Translations under genes and position numbers: made by a program
In this document: piece by piece, positions 25,902 through 35,572 of the stretch
Numbering within the stretch: position 1 is the stretch's first letter
How the letters are laid out: the number at the start of each line of letters is the position of its first letter
Virus record (IMG/VR): IMGVR_UViG_3300032117_000015
Location: 1 to 64,000 of that record
Direction: 5' to 3' (one strand)
Length of the DNA: 64,000 nucleotides
DNA from: a virus
Notes under the pieces: generated by a model
What the model was told of the DNA's origin: nothing
The model's database searches: none
What the model saw: the letters and a program-made list of their open reading frames with translations, nothing else

Positions 25902-27086
25902 ATGTCACATACCGATCCAGTAATTGACAAAATTATCGTAGCCCGTGTGGGTCTACTGTTGCGTCATCCGTTTTTTGGAAACTTAGCAACACGTCTTAAA
26001 ATTGAAGAAGGATCTGAATGGTTACCGACAGCCGCTACAGACGGACGTCACATCTATTTCAACAGAGAGTTTTTTGAAAAACTTACTATTAAGCAAGTCG
26101 AATTCGTTATTGCACACGAAATCTTGCATAATGTATTTGATCACATGGGCCGTCGTGAAGGACGAGATCCACAAATTTTTAACATTGCCGCAGACTATTG
26201 CGTAAACGGACAAACTGTCCGTGATCACATCGGCGATCACAATGTTCCAGACATCAAAATCTTCCATGATCCTAAATACTACGGCATGAGTGCTGAAGAA
26301 ATTTATGACAAGATTTACGATGAATATGATGAACAACAATTACAAGCTCTTGGTCAATTGTTAGATGAACACATTGACTGGGGTAAAGATGGTAAAGATG
26401 GCCAGCCAAAATATACTAAAGAACAGTTAAAAGAAATTCGTGACGAAATGCGCGAAGCAACTATCGCGGCCGCTCAAGCCGCGGGTGCGGGTAATACTCC
26501 TGCTAGCGTACAGCGCATGATTAAGGAATTCACAGAGCCTAAGATGAATTGGCGTGAAATACTACGTCAACAAATTCAAAGCACTATTAAAAATGACTTT
26601 AGTTTTATGCGTCCTAACCGCAAAGGTTGGCACATGAGTGCTATTCTTCCAGGTCAACAGTTTCAAGAAACTATTGACATCTGTGTAGCAATTGACATGT
26701 CTGGTTCTATTGGAGACGAGCAAGCAAAAGACTTCTTAACAGAGATTAAGGGTATTATGCAAGAGTACAAGGACTTTAAAATTAAAGTATGGTGCTTCGA
26801 TACTCGTGTTTACAACGAACAAGATTATGATGGTTATTCAATGGATGACTTTGATAACTACGAGCCAATGGGCGGTGGCGGAACTGAGTTCGATGCTAAC
26901 TGGGAATACATGAAGGAAAATGATATTCAGCCTAAGAAGTTTATCATGTTTACTGACGGTTATCCTTGGGGTAGCTGGGGTGATGAAAACTACTGTGATA
27001 CAGTATTCATTATCCATGGTAATGATAAGATTGTTCCACCATTTGGTGAACATGCTTATTACGAATTTAAAACTGAACACGCATAA
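25902..27086 (+). CDS. HExxH metallopeptidase-like + VWA domain protein (DUF2201-like), MoxR partner
   Basis: TAATDG, AHEILH, NIAADY, MIDAS DMSGS, GGGGTEF, FTDG. Confidence 0.88.
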   Translation: MSHTDPVIDKIIVARVGLLLRHPFFGNLATRLKIEEGSEWLPTAATDGRHIYFNREFFEKLTIKQVEFVIAHEILHNVFDHMGRREGRDPQIFNIAADYCVNGQTVRDHIGDHNVPDIKIFHDPKYYGMSAEEIYDKIYDEYDEQQLQALGQLLDEHIDWGKDGKDGQPKYTKEQLKEIRDEMREATIAAAQAAGAGNTPASVQRMIKEFTEPKMNWREILRQQIQSTIKNDFSFMRPNRKGWHMSAILPGQQFQETIDICVAIDMSGSIGDEQAKDFLTEIKGIMQEYKDFKIKVWCFDTRVYNEQDYDGYSMDDFDNYEPMGGGGTEFDANWEYMKENDIQPKKFIMFTDGYPWGSWGDENYCDTVFIIHGNDKIVPPFGEHAYYEFKTEHA

Positions 27087-27373
27087 TGGCATTAAAATCA
27101 GGCAAACCCAATCCTTTAAACTACTTTGACTTACGTAGGGTCGAGTTTGCCTGCCCGCATTTTAAATACACTACTTTAGATAGATACACTCCACAGCTGG
27201 TTAGAGCTGTAGATAGCTGGATTCGCCAAAATCTAAACAATAGATATTACATCGGGCAGGACATAGAACTGGATAATACTAACACAATCGTGTATAATAC
27301 TACCATAGGCTTTGAATCAGAAAAAGAACTAAGTTTTTTCACAATTGCCTGTCCACATCTTCAAACGAGATAA
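27086..27373 (+). CDS. Hypothetical protein
   Basis: 95 aa, TAATG overlap. Confidence 0.65.
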   Translation: MALKSGKPNPLNYFDLRRVEFACPHFKYTTLDRYTPQLVRAVDSWIRQNLNNRYYIGQDIELDNTNTIVYNTTIGFESEKELSFFTIACPHLQTR

Positions 27374-27404
27374 TTATATACGTACTTTCAAAGGAGATAC
27401 GTAT

Positions 27405-27668
27405 ATGACAGATACAGTACAACAACCACAACAAGATAGCACAGATTTGACTATTAACGATTTGAACTCGTTAAAAGTAATTATCGATATTGCTAGTTCA
27501 CGTGGTGCATTCAAACCAAACGAAATGGTAGCAGTTGGACAAACTTATACCAAACTAGAAACATTCTTGAATACAGTTGCTAAACAGCAACAAGCTCAAG
27601 CACCGGCTCAAGCGCCAGCTCAAACACCAGCCGATCAAGCAGTTGCAAATACTGTAGCAGGAGTATAA
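27405..27668 (+). CDS. Hypothetical protein with QAPA-repeat tail
   Basis: AAGGAG RBS; IIDIASSRGAFKPNEM; GATAATTA upstream at 27369. Confidence 0.7.
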   Translation: MTDTVQQPQQDSTDLTINDLNSLKVIIDIASSRGAFKPNEMVAVGQTYTKLETFLNTVAKQQQAQAPAQAPAQTPADQAVANTVAGV

Positions 27669-27672
27669 TACT

Positions 27673-28314
27673 ATGGCTGAACTTAAACACATCGGCCGCG
27701 TTATTGCCACTAACAAAAAATGTGTAGTGGCATATCGCACGTTGCCAGGGGATGCTTACTATTGTTTGATTGTCCCAACAGAAAACTTGCCTGACATTTA
27801 CCATGACTCTTTGATTAATCTAGTCGAGAGTAGTGCTGGACAAGATGCTTATGAATTTGCAGAAGCGTTGGATCGTAGTCGATTCCCAGATGGTTCAAAT
27901 ATGTTACGTTGGCTACATGGTAATAACAGACTAATTAAAATTGGTACTAGTGCTGTTGAAATGACTCCAACTACTGGATTTTCGATTGTGCTTTCAGAAC
28001 TAAATCAAATCATTGCTGAACAGCGTGGTTTATCAGTTGACGATTTAGCATTGAAATCAAGTCTTGATCCTAAAGATAATGCTAATGCCAAGGTTGCCGA
28101 AAATCAGCTTGTTAAAACTACAGAAACTGCTAAGAAGCCTGAAGCTAAACCAACAGCCGAAGTTGTTAATGCCGAACCAGCAGTCGATGCAACACCAGAA
28201 GATCAAGCAAAATTTTTCCGTAGTCAAGCAGATAAGCTAGCTAAACAAGCCGCAGAAATGCGCCGTAAAGCAGAAGAATTGTCACCTACTAAGAAAAAAA
28301 CAATAGTTAAATGA
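27673..28314 (+). CDS. Hypothetical phage protein
   Basis: 213 aa, GGAG RBS. Confidence 0.7.
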   Translation: MAELKHIGRVIATNKKCVVAYRTLPGDAYYCLIVPTENLPDIYHDSLINLVESSAGQDAYEFAEALDRSRFPDGSNMLRWLHGNNRLIKIGTSAVEMTPTTGFSIVLSELNQIIAEQRGLSVDDLALKSSLDPKDNANAKVAENQLVKTTETAKKPEAKPTAEVVNAEPAVDATPEDQAKFFRSQADKLAKQAAEMRRKAEELSPTKKKTIVK

Positions 28315-28631
28315 CCAAATCGGGAAGACCACTTCCCAAGGACGTCATAGAACATTGGCCTGAAGTATTCGGTGAAGTACACTTAAACGTGTTACCTCTA
28401 GGGTATCTCCATACCGTTTTGGTCAATTTTAAAGATGGTAAAACTTGGGAAATAAAAATAACAGCAAAAACCAAGCGTGAGGGTTGGAAGTCTTTTGAAA
28501 AGAATCTTGGAAAACTTTGTAGAACATACGAAGAAAGAATCGACAACATAGACTTCAAACTCGACACAGAACGAGTCAAAAAAGATATTGAAAAAGAGAC
28601 TCAAAAATTTTTAAAGAGAAAGAAGTTATAG
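28311..28631 (+). CDS. Hypothetical phage protein
   Basis: 106 aa, ATGA overlap. Confidence 0.65.
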   Translation: MTKSGRPLPKDVIEHWPEVFGEVHLNVLPLGYLHTVLVNFKDGKTWEIKITAKTKREGWKSFEKNLGKLCRTYEERIDNIDFKLDTERVKKDIEKETQKFLKRKKL

Positions 28632-29315
28632 ATGAATGTCCGATTACTCAGTTTCAGCCAGCCAACACAAGAATTTGCTTCTATGGGCATTGATGATGCG
28701 CAGGAACTTATCGCATATTGCGCCCGTGTGTCCAATCCTTCCAACCAACTTAACACTGAAACATCAGAAAAGCTCATCAAATATCTCATCAAACACAAGC
28801 ACTGGAGCCCACTTGAAATGGTCAGCGCCTGCATTGAAATCACAACAACAAGAGATATTGCAAGACAAATACTCAGACACAGAAGTTTCAGTTTCCAAGA
28901 ATTTAGCCAACGCTACGCGGATCCAACGAAAGATTTATCATTCGTATATCGCGATGCACGAAGACAGGATCTTAAAAATAGACAGAACAGCATAGATTTG
29001 GATCTAACAAACGATGCTGATCGTTTCCTTGCCGCTGGTTGGGAAAACATTCAAAAAGGCGTTATTGAAAAATGCCGCGAAGCATATGAATGGGCTATTG
29101 TAAATGGCATTGCTAAAGAGCAAGCCCGTGCTGTATTGCCTGAAGGATTAATCGAAAGTAGAATTTATATGAATGGTACACTACGCAGTTGGGTACATTT
29201 TATCGAACTACGTAGTGCTAATGGTACACAAAAAGAGCATCAAGAAGTTGCTATTGCTTGTGCAAAAGTTATAGCTGAGATTTTTCCTCTTGCCAACGAT
29301 TTAGTAGCCAATTAA
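28632..29315 (+). CDS. thyX: Flavin-dependent thymidylate synthase
   Basis: HWSPLE, ThyX motif RHRSFSFQEFSQRY, EQARAVLP, QKEH. Confidence 0.96.
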   Translation: MNVRLLSFSQPTQEFASMGIDDAQELIAYCARVSNPSNQLNTETSEKLIKYLIKHKHWSPLEMVSACIEITTTRDIARQILRHRSFSFQEFSQRYADPTKDLSFVYRDARRQDLKNRQNSIDLDLTNDADRFLAAGWENIQKGVIEKCREAYEWAIVNGIAKEQARAVLPEGLIESRIYMNGTLRSWVHFIELRSANGTQKEHQEVAIACAKVIAEIFPLANDLVAN

Positions 29316-29943
29316 AATCATTAATCTTAGCAAGTGCCTCCTTATCGGAGGCATTTTTTTCACCGTATTGTTTGCCTTGAATAGCACCCATATATGCATA
29401 ACTACCGTGTTCTGCATTGGTATTTAATTGGCACCAGACGTGTAATCTAGCTAACGATTCCTCATTATTAATCACTGCCAGTTTACAGCATTCTCTAAAT
29501 GCACTACGCCAAGTACTAAATGGATCTGTATTAAAGGCTGTAATGTTGCTTATCTTATCTATTGCTTTAAATTTACTACTGATATTTGTAGTCATATCTA
29601 CAGTATCTGTATTCATATTCATTGTAAGAAATTTTGGTAATAGTTTAACTCCGCCATAACCATATGTTAAGCTATTAATAGGATTAATACTACGCCAAAC
29701 ATGGACTACGTCTAAGTCCCATTCGCTTACTTCATAATCAAAATTAAAATCATTTAGTATAACTGCATCGGCATCTACGACCCAAAACATTTTAGTCATG
29801 GCTTTCTTTGCGGCCGCAATATGAGCTTGATGAATTCCTTTAACACCGTGTACACGCTTTGCTAAAGGAAATCGTTCTTTTAAACTAGCAAAGTTTTCAT
29901 CTGCATTTTCTTCATCATATGAAATAAAGATAATATCGTACAT
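29269..29943 (-). CDS. GT-A-like glycosyltransferase (paralog of 29943-30842)
   Basis: DIIFISYDE, VVDADAVI (DxD), YGYGGVKL, WRSAFRE. Confidence 0.7.
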   Translation of the reverse strand: MYDIIFISYDEENADENFASLKERFPLAKRVHGVKGIHQAHIAAAKKAMTKMFWVVDADAVILNDFNFDYEVSEWDLDVVHVWRSINPINSLTYGYGGVKLLPKFLTMNMNTDTVDMTTNISSKFKAIDKISNITAFNTDPFSTWRSAFRECCKLAVINNEESLARLHVWCQLNTNAEHGSYAYMGAIQGKQYGEKNASDKEALAKINDFNWLLNRWQEEKSQL

Positions 29944-30842
29944 TATTTGCGTCTTCCAATAATACGTGGAGTATTAAGATATACAGTTTTAAAGAATTTA
30001 CTACCTGCACCATCTAAATTAGCAATTTCTAAACTACCTTGTTTAGCAAGTTCTTTTCCTAAGAAGTTAATATACTTTGACATTTCTTCTGGCTCTGCTT
30101 GCTCGTGTGTAGTGTTCCAGTATTCTGTTAACCATTCAAAATCACGAACTTGGCTGTAGTCCCAATCTGTAAACATAGTTTTATAACAGCCTTCTCTTGC
30201 ACCCATTATACTCCAAATTCCGTTTTCTACGTCGGCACCTACTGAACACCATACAAGTAATCTATGATAGTTTTGCCACCAAATCTTTTTAAGGTCATTT
30301 ACCTTATTGCCTTGATCCAATGACATTTTTACGCCTTCACGGAATCCTGCTCTCCATGCTTGGAACGGAGTAGCGTTAGTAAAGCTCTCGCTATAACTAG
30401 TATTAAATTGATAGTAGCGATTATCAAAACAAAATTCTACACGACCTTTTGCATCATTAGGATCTGCATTTTCATGTGTCTTCATTTCGTTAACAAACTT
30501 ACGTGTCCATAATTTAAGTCCACCATTACCGTACATAAGTCCGTTAACGTGTACTTTGCCACACCAGCTAAAAACATTTTCTGGAGTACATCGTATTTCT
30601 TCTAAATCTATCTCTACATTTAAAAAATCTGGATCAACAATATTGTCAGCATCGACTGTAACAAAGTATTCAGTTTCACTTAATGCGGCACAGGCTTTAT
30701 GCGCGGCATCACTGCCTTTAACTCCATGTACACGTTTAGCCCAAGGCACCTTAGTACACAAATCAGCATAATTCTTTTCAGCGTTGGGCTCATCATAACT
30801 AAGAAAGATGATGTCTTGTTCGATAATTTTAATTTTATCCAT
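29943..30842 (-). CDS. GT-A-like glycosyltransferase
   Basis: DIIFLSYDE, TVDADNIV (DxD), YGNGGLKL, WRAGFRE. Confidence 0.7.
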   Translation of the reverse strand: MDKIKIIEQDIIFLSYDEPNAEKNYADLCTKVPWAKRVHGVKGSDAAHKACAALSETEYFVTVDADNIVDPDFLNVEIDLEEIRCTPENVFSWCGKVHVNGLMYGNGGLKLWTRKFVNEMKTHENADPNDAKGRVEFCFDNRYYQFNTSYSESFTNATPFQAWRAGFREGVKMSLDQGNKVNDLKKIWWQNYHRLLVWCSVGADVENGIWSIMGAREGCYKTMFTDWDYSQVRDFEWLTEYWNTTHEQAEPEEMSKYINFLGKELAKQGSLEIANLDGAGSKFFKTVYLNTPRIIGRRK

Positions 30843-31422
30843 TTTTAATTAATCCGTAACTTTGAAAGTATATCCTTGATGATATGGATATCTTGTCTAT
30901 TTGATTTTCTATTTTGCTTGCAAAAGGAACTATTATCTTTTCCTGTTCCATCAAATCTTTAACATCAATTAGTATGCTTCTGATTAGAAAATCAAAATCA
31001 TTTTTAAGCATTACAAAAAATATAGTATTATTAGTTATACTATCAGCAAGCCTTGTTTTGGCTTTTTCAGTTAATCTAAAACACCAATTTTTTTCATTTG
31101 CATTCCACTCGACAATTAATTCTGTATTTTTATTAGGAGGATTTTTAATCCACTGAAAAACACTATTTCTAAATCCGTACAATTGGTTTGTTATTTGCAT
31201 TAATGTTAACTCTGTTTTTCCATTAATGCCTTTAGAATATCCTATTATATAATCCCTAGTGTACTTTTCTTTTTTCATAAATGCGTCATATTCTTCCGCA
31301 GATATTTCAAATGCACATTTTTCTGTAGGGGATTTTTGATTAGAAATATGTGTTATAACTCCCGACTTTTTATCGTAAATCAAATAGTATTTTTGTGGAG
31401 GAGTAAATTTAAATCTTGCCAT
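30835..31422 (-). CDS. Hypothetical protein in the glycosyltransferase operon
   Basis: 195 aa, overlaps both neighbours. Confidence 0.65.
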   Translation of the reverse strand: MARFKFTPPQKYYLIYDKKSGVITHISNQKSPTEKCAFEISAEEYDAFMKKEKYTRDYIIGYSKGINGKTELTLMQITNQLYGFRNSVFQWIKNPPNKNTELIVEWNANEKNWCFRLTEKAKTRLADSITNNTIFFVMLKNDFDFLIRSILIDVKDLMEQEKIIVPFASKIENQIDKISISSRIYFQSYGLIKNG

Positions 31423-32257
31423 TTATTTCCTCCAACTGTTCAATTAGTTCTGTTGTCATGAAATCTTTTTCAACATAGTGAAATACACCCTGTTGTTTTA
31501 TATTACCGACAATTAAATCTCCACGTTCATTTAAAACAAACGGTACAATATCTTGCCAGCTATCGACACCAACTGGCCAATCTTGCAAAGGAACTTTCAT
31601 ATGCACAAATCTCATAGGATTTAATACATCTAATGCTTCTTGATGTATGCCCATAATTTCGATAGCAATTGCCGAAGCAAGATCCATACTTAACCATTTT
31701 TGATAATAATTAGGGGCAAAAATGTCATAGCATCCTTCCCAGTTATTACAAATAAATTCTAGTACTTTATAAAAATTATATGCTGTATCCGATTTTTTAA
31801 AGTAGTGTAATGCAAAGTATAGGTTTGATAACTTGTTAGCAATAAATGTTTTTCTATGAAATTTATCAACAGGAATATGTTCTTGTTTGTAATTAGTAAT
31901 ATATGAACAGAATTTGATGTCAAAATTGCCGCAATATTTCCACCAGTCACTTATATCTTCTAACATTAGCATGTCTGCATCTAGTACTATTGTTTCATGG
32001 TATGGAGATACGTGATATAATTTCCAGCGGTGCTCGGCCGCAAATTGATTGCTTGCTGTATTTTCAAACCAAGGAATAGGAATGATTTGATCAAATGCTT
32101 TTCGATATTTTTTAGAAACAGCACTATTGGTAACCAGAGAAACATCCTTTACTTCAGTTTGACTATTTTTAATACTTAATGCCAATGCATAGGCTTGTTG
32201 AATATAATCAACTGTATCTGTATTTTGTGCAAAAATTAAAAATCCTTTAGACACCAT
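31409..32257 (-). CDS. GT-A (GT8-like) glycosyltransferase
   Basis: SPYHETIVLDADML (DxD), FVHMK, FHY; GGAGG RBS before MVSKG. Confidence 0.7.
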   Translation of the reverse strand: MVSKGFLIFAQNTDTVDYIQQAYALALSIKNSQTEVKDVSLVTNSAVSKKYRKAFDQIIPIPWFENTASNQFAAEHRWKLYHVSPYHETIVLDADMLMLEDISDWWKYCGNFDIKFCSYITNYKQEHIPVDKFHRKTFIANKLSNLYFALHYFKKSDTAYNFYKVLEFICNNWEGCYDIFAPNYYQKWLSMDLASAIAIEIMGIHQEALDVLNPMRFVHMKVPLQDWPVGVDSWQDIVPFVLNERGDLIVGNIKQQGVFHYVEKDFMTTELIEQLEEINGKI

Positions 32258-33095
32258 AGCCTCCATCGATATAACGATTTAAACTAAATTTGTTCATAAC
32301 ATGCACATCTAACCCTGTGGTTTTTATTGCAGTATATTCTCCTAAATGATTTTTCTTTTCTACTAAAAATTTCATTTTGTTGCCATCAGTACTAATCAAT
32401 ATATCTTTGTCCGATGTATAAATCATTTTACCAGGCAATTCTACAGTAAATTCACCTTCTGTTTTTCCATTAAAGATATGTATTGCAATACTAAATGCTG
32501 TATCATTTCTAAATGCAGGAGCATCAATAGTATAAAGGGTTCTAAAATAAATCCAATTTACCTTAATATATTCTATGAGGTCAAAGAAAGATTGCATCAA
32601 AGGCGTTTTATCAAATATAAAAACTGTTGCCCAGTAAAATGGGATACTAAAAGGATTTATACGTTTAAATGCATTGAGTTCTCGTTCTGAAACTAAATCA
32701 AAACTGTTTCTGTAAATTTGAAATTCGTATTGATTATATAATGCAGGTTTAAGTACACTAGAATTTAAAATGTAATCAGTATCCATAACAAGTGTTCTAT
32801 CGTATGGTGTTAAATCATAAACACTACTACGAGAAAAGTTTTTCCATTCTGCAGTTATTCCTGTGAGAGATCCGTCATGGAATCTTCTGTGTTGTGCAGG
32901 ACCCGATTCTTCTAATTGTATAACTTTATCAAATCCGTGATCGGGGAAATTAGCCTGCAACCATTTATGGTCATCCGTTATTAGACTAACTGGAATATCT
33001 AGATATTGTTTAATTCTACTTGCGGCAAAAATTGCCATCTTAATATAATCAATACTAGAATTATTTTGTGCAATAAGCACCGCACCTATTGTCAT
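32247..33095 (-). CDS. GT-A (GT8-like) glycosyltransferase (paralog of 31409-32257)
   Basis: TPYDRTLVMDTDYI (DxD), FRND, HVMNK. Confidence 0.7.
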   Translation of the reverse strand: MTIGAVLIAQNNSSIDYIKMAIFAASRIKQYLDIPVSLITDDHKWLQANFPDHGFDKVIQLEESGPAQHRRFHDGSLTGITAEWKNFSRSSVYDLTPYDRTLVMDTDYILNSSVLKPALYNQYEFQIYRNSFDLVSERELNAFKRINPFSIPFYWATVFIFDKTPLMQSFFDLIEYIKVNWIYFRTLYTIDAPAFRNDTAFSIAIHIFNGKTEGEFTVELPGKMIYTSDKDILISTDGNKMKFLVEKKNHLGEYTAIKTTGLDVHVMNKFSLNRYIDGGYGV

Positions 33096-33442
33096 AGCTC
33101 GACTATATCCGCAATCTTTCTTTTGCGTTTTAAATCATTATACTTTACAGCATAGTCGTTCGTAGATTCAAAATATATAAAAGAAATATCATCTAAAAAC
33201 TTTTGAACATCTCCAATAAGAACTGGAAAGTTATTAACATCTATAAATGCCACATCGTTAGTATAACCTAAATCTATGACTGTTTTAGTAAAGCTGATTA
33301 AATCTGGTGTGATTTTGAATGTTGCACCGTTGGTATAATACACCAATTTCTGGTTGTATTCTTCTAAAATAATTCTTCTTTGATTTGAAAGTGTAGCAGT
33401 ATAATTTGCAACTGCAAACGCTTTTTCAATTCTTTCATCCAT
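33092..33442 (-). CDS. Hypothetical protein, first gene of the glycosyltransferase operon
   Basis: 116 aa, GGAG RBS. Confidence 0.65.
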   Translation of the reverse strand: MDERIEKAFAVANYTATLSNQRRIILEEYNQKLVYYTNGATFKITPDLISFTKTVIDLGYTNDVAFIDVNNFPVLIGDVQKFLDDISFIYFESTNDYAVKYNDLKRKRKIADIVEL

Positions 33443-33452
33443 AAGAAACTCC

Positions 33453-33491
33453 GTAGTGTACTATGATACACTACAGTAGTTAGCTTGTCAA
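33453..33491 (-). promoter_or_regulatory. Sigma70 promoter overlapped by an 8-bp inverted repeat
   Basis: Minus strand TTGACA (33491-33486)-17 bp-TATCAT (33468-33463); GTAGTGTA-N6-TACACTAC at 33453-33474. Confidence 0.7.
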
Positions 33492-33495
33492 GTAA

Positions 33496-35544
33496 TTAGA
33501 GAGAAGTTATTTGGCCAATTGCTGGCAAATAATTGTATAAATTGGACACTGGTGCCATTGTTACATAGTTACCGGATGCATACGAAATATTAACTTCGCT
33601 TGCTACTGTACCTGTAACATCTTCGTCAATGTCGTAAGGATTGACTGTTGTCTTGTAGAAATCTTCTGTACCTGCCGCTTGGAATGTTGTTCCGCTTAAT
33701 GACCCGGTACTCAGGGCCACATCTGATGTAATTGGTGTAGCCGCTGTCGCATTATTATAGCTAGTAGCTAGTGTTACACTATTATTTCCAGAATTTACAC
33801 TTGCAACATAATATGTCGATCCAGGAGATCCAGCTGATAATCCATTTCCGCCTGTACCTTTAAACAAAATCACAGTACCTTGAATTATGTTTGAAACACT
33901 ACTTAAGAAGACAGTGTTTGAAGCACCTGTGGAGTTTGCAGTACCAGTTACTACAGGGAATCCACTTGATAAATCTTCAAACATAATTTGGAATGTAAGT
34001 TGATTTCCGGCACTATTTAGTTGTGCCCAAATTGTATATTGATTCGGTGCATATACACTAGAACCAGGAGCACCTACACTATTTGTAAAAATAGGAACTA
34101 ACGGACCGCCTGCATTGTTTAAGAAATATTGCCAGCCATTGCCAGTGCCTGTTCCTGAACCTGATGGGCTAGTTCCATAATAGCTAAAAGTGACTGTTCC
34201 CATACCATTTAAAATAGTATACCAAGAATAGTTCTTAGTACCAGTTGTTGGCACTGCTCCTGCTGATGTTGGAATAGTTGGAGATATAGTGCCTGGAGAA
34301 CTCATACTAGCACTAAATTGTATCGATCCGCCTGAATTGAAGAAATATTTTGCGGCTTGCGATCCAGAATATCCTGTTCCACTTGGGAATGTAACTGTAA
34401 CTGTATTAGAAATAATAGGAGTATTACTTTCAGAAACATTAAAAGTACATGTTAGTGTTTCTGGTAAAGCTAAACTAGCAACTGTTTGAGTATTATTAAC
34501 AGTATAAGAATAAGCCGAGAATGGTTGTAAACTTCCGGCACTACCAACTGTTTGGGCCGGTCCAGCAATAGTCCAAGTTGATCCGCCGCCGCCTGTAACT
34601 ATTGTACCAGCCGCTAAATTGCCGCCGCCGCCGAACAACAACATACCCCCGCTAAGTGGCCCAGTTACACCAGAAACTGTTAAAATATTTCCAACAATAT
34701 AACCAGAGAAAGTAGCAACGTTTACTGCTGTAATAACCGTTCCTGCACTTACACCAGAACCAGTGACTGTCATTCCAGCGGCAAAACTTCCGCTTGGAGT
34801 AGTAATAGTAGTCATTGTAGTTCCGCTAATATAACCACTAGCGGCTACAGATCCTGATGAAGGGTTAGTAATACTTGTGCCGCCCCATGGTCTGCTCGAT
34901 CCTTGTCTTGCAGTAATAAATGGAAAGCCGCCCGATGTTGGAGTACCAATTGTTGGAGTTGCAAGTTGTCCGTTTGGAGGAATTGCATAGCACCCTGGGT
35001 ATGTAATACCGTTAACTATACTACCAGATCCACTATTTGCCAATGCCGATGACATTGTTAAGTATGCAATTCTGTCTGTTTCTTTAATTTTTACACTTGA
35101 AGACGCAGTAGTTAGTGCAGGACTTGGAGTATTGTTTAACTGATGTTGATAAACGTTTGTAATATCTTGTTGTAATGCGTTCCATTGGGCTGTTGAAATA
35201 GTATTTCCAGAACTAACTGTACTACTATTCAGTATTTGACCGTAACCTGTTGAAGCTCTTCCAAGGATTGGAGATATTGTGTTATAAATTGTATTATAAT
35301 CGTTAGCTAAAATTAAAGGTGTTGTACCTGTAATTGTAATTTGAGATCCACTGCTACCTGATGTTTGGCTAACACTTACTGTATATGTTCCTGTTGAACC
35401 TGCACCTGAAATTCCAGAAGTAATATATGTGTTTGCAGAAATACCGCTACCGGTAATACTCATTGGAACAAGAATAGTTCCACTTGCAACAGAACTAACT
35501 GTTAATGTTGTTCCACTAATATAACCGGTAAAAATAGCTGTCAT
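33496..35544 (-). CDS. Tail fibre / virion structural protein, S/T/G-rich
   Basis: 682 aa with three copies of a GYIxGxxLTV...GxGxxAxTxxT module; YFFNSGGSIQF; located in the structural cluster. Confidence 0.7.
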   Translation of the reverse strand: MTAIFTGYISGTTLTVSSVASGTILVPMSITGSGISANTYITSGISGAGSTGTYTVSVSQTSGSSGSQITITGTTPLILANDYNTIYNTISPILGRASTGYGQILNSSTVSSGNTISTAQWNALQQDITNVYQHQLNNTPSPALTTASSSVKIKETDRIAYLTMSSALANSGSGSIVNGITYPGCYAIPPNGQLATPTIGTPTSGGFPFITARQGSSRPWGGTSITNPSSGSVAASGYISGTTMTTITTPSGSFAAGMTVTGSGVSAGTVITAVNVATFSGYIVGNILTVSGVTGPLSGGMLLFGGGGNLAAGTIVTGGGGSTWTIAGPAQTVGSAGSLQPFSAYSYTVNNTQTVASLALPETLTCTFNVSESNTPIISNTVTVTFPSGTGYSGSQAAKYFFNSGGSIQFSASMSSPGTISPTIPTSAGAVPTTGTKNYSWYTILNGMGTVTFSYYGTSPSGSGTGTGNGWQYFLNNAGGPLVPIFTNSVGAPGSSVYAPNQYTIWAQLNSAGNQLTFQIMFEDLSSGFPVVTGTANSTGASNTVFLSSVSNIIQGTVILFKGTGGNGLSAGSPGSTYYVASVNSGNNSVTLATSYNNATAATPITSDVALSTGSLSGTTFQAAGTEDFYKTTVNPYDIDEDVTGTVASEVNISYASGNYVTMAPVSNLYNYLPAIGQITSL

Positions 35545-35563
35545 TTGTTTTCCTCGTCTGCGA

Positions 35564-35571
35564 TATTTATT
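35564..35571 (-). promoter_or_regulatory. Late promoter AATAAATA
   Basis: Intergenic, about 20 bp upstream of ATG 35544 with GAGGA RBS. Confidence 0.55.
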
Positions 35572-35572
35572 T

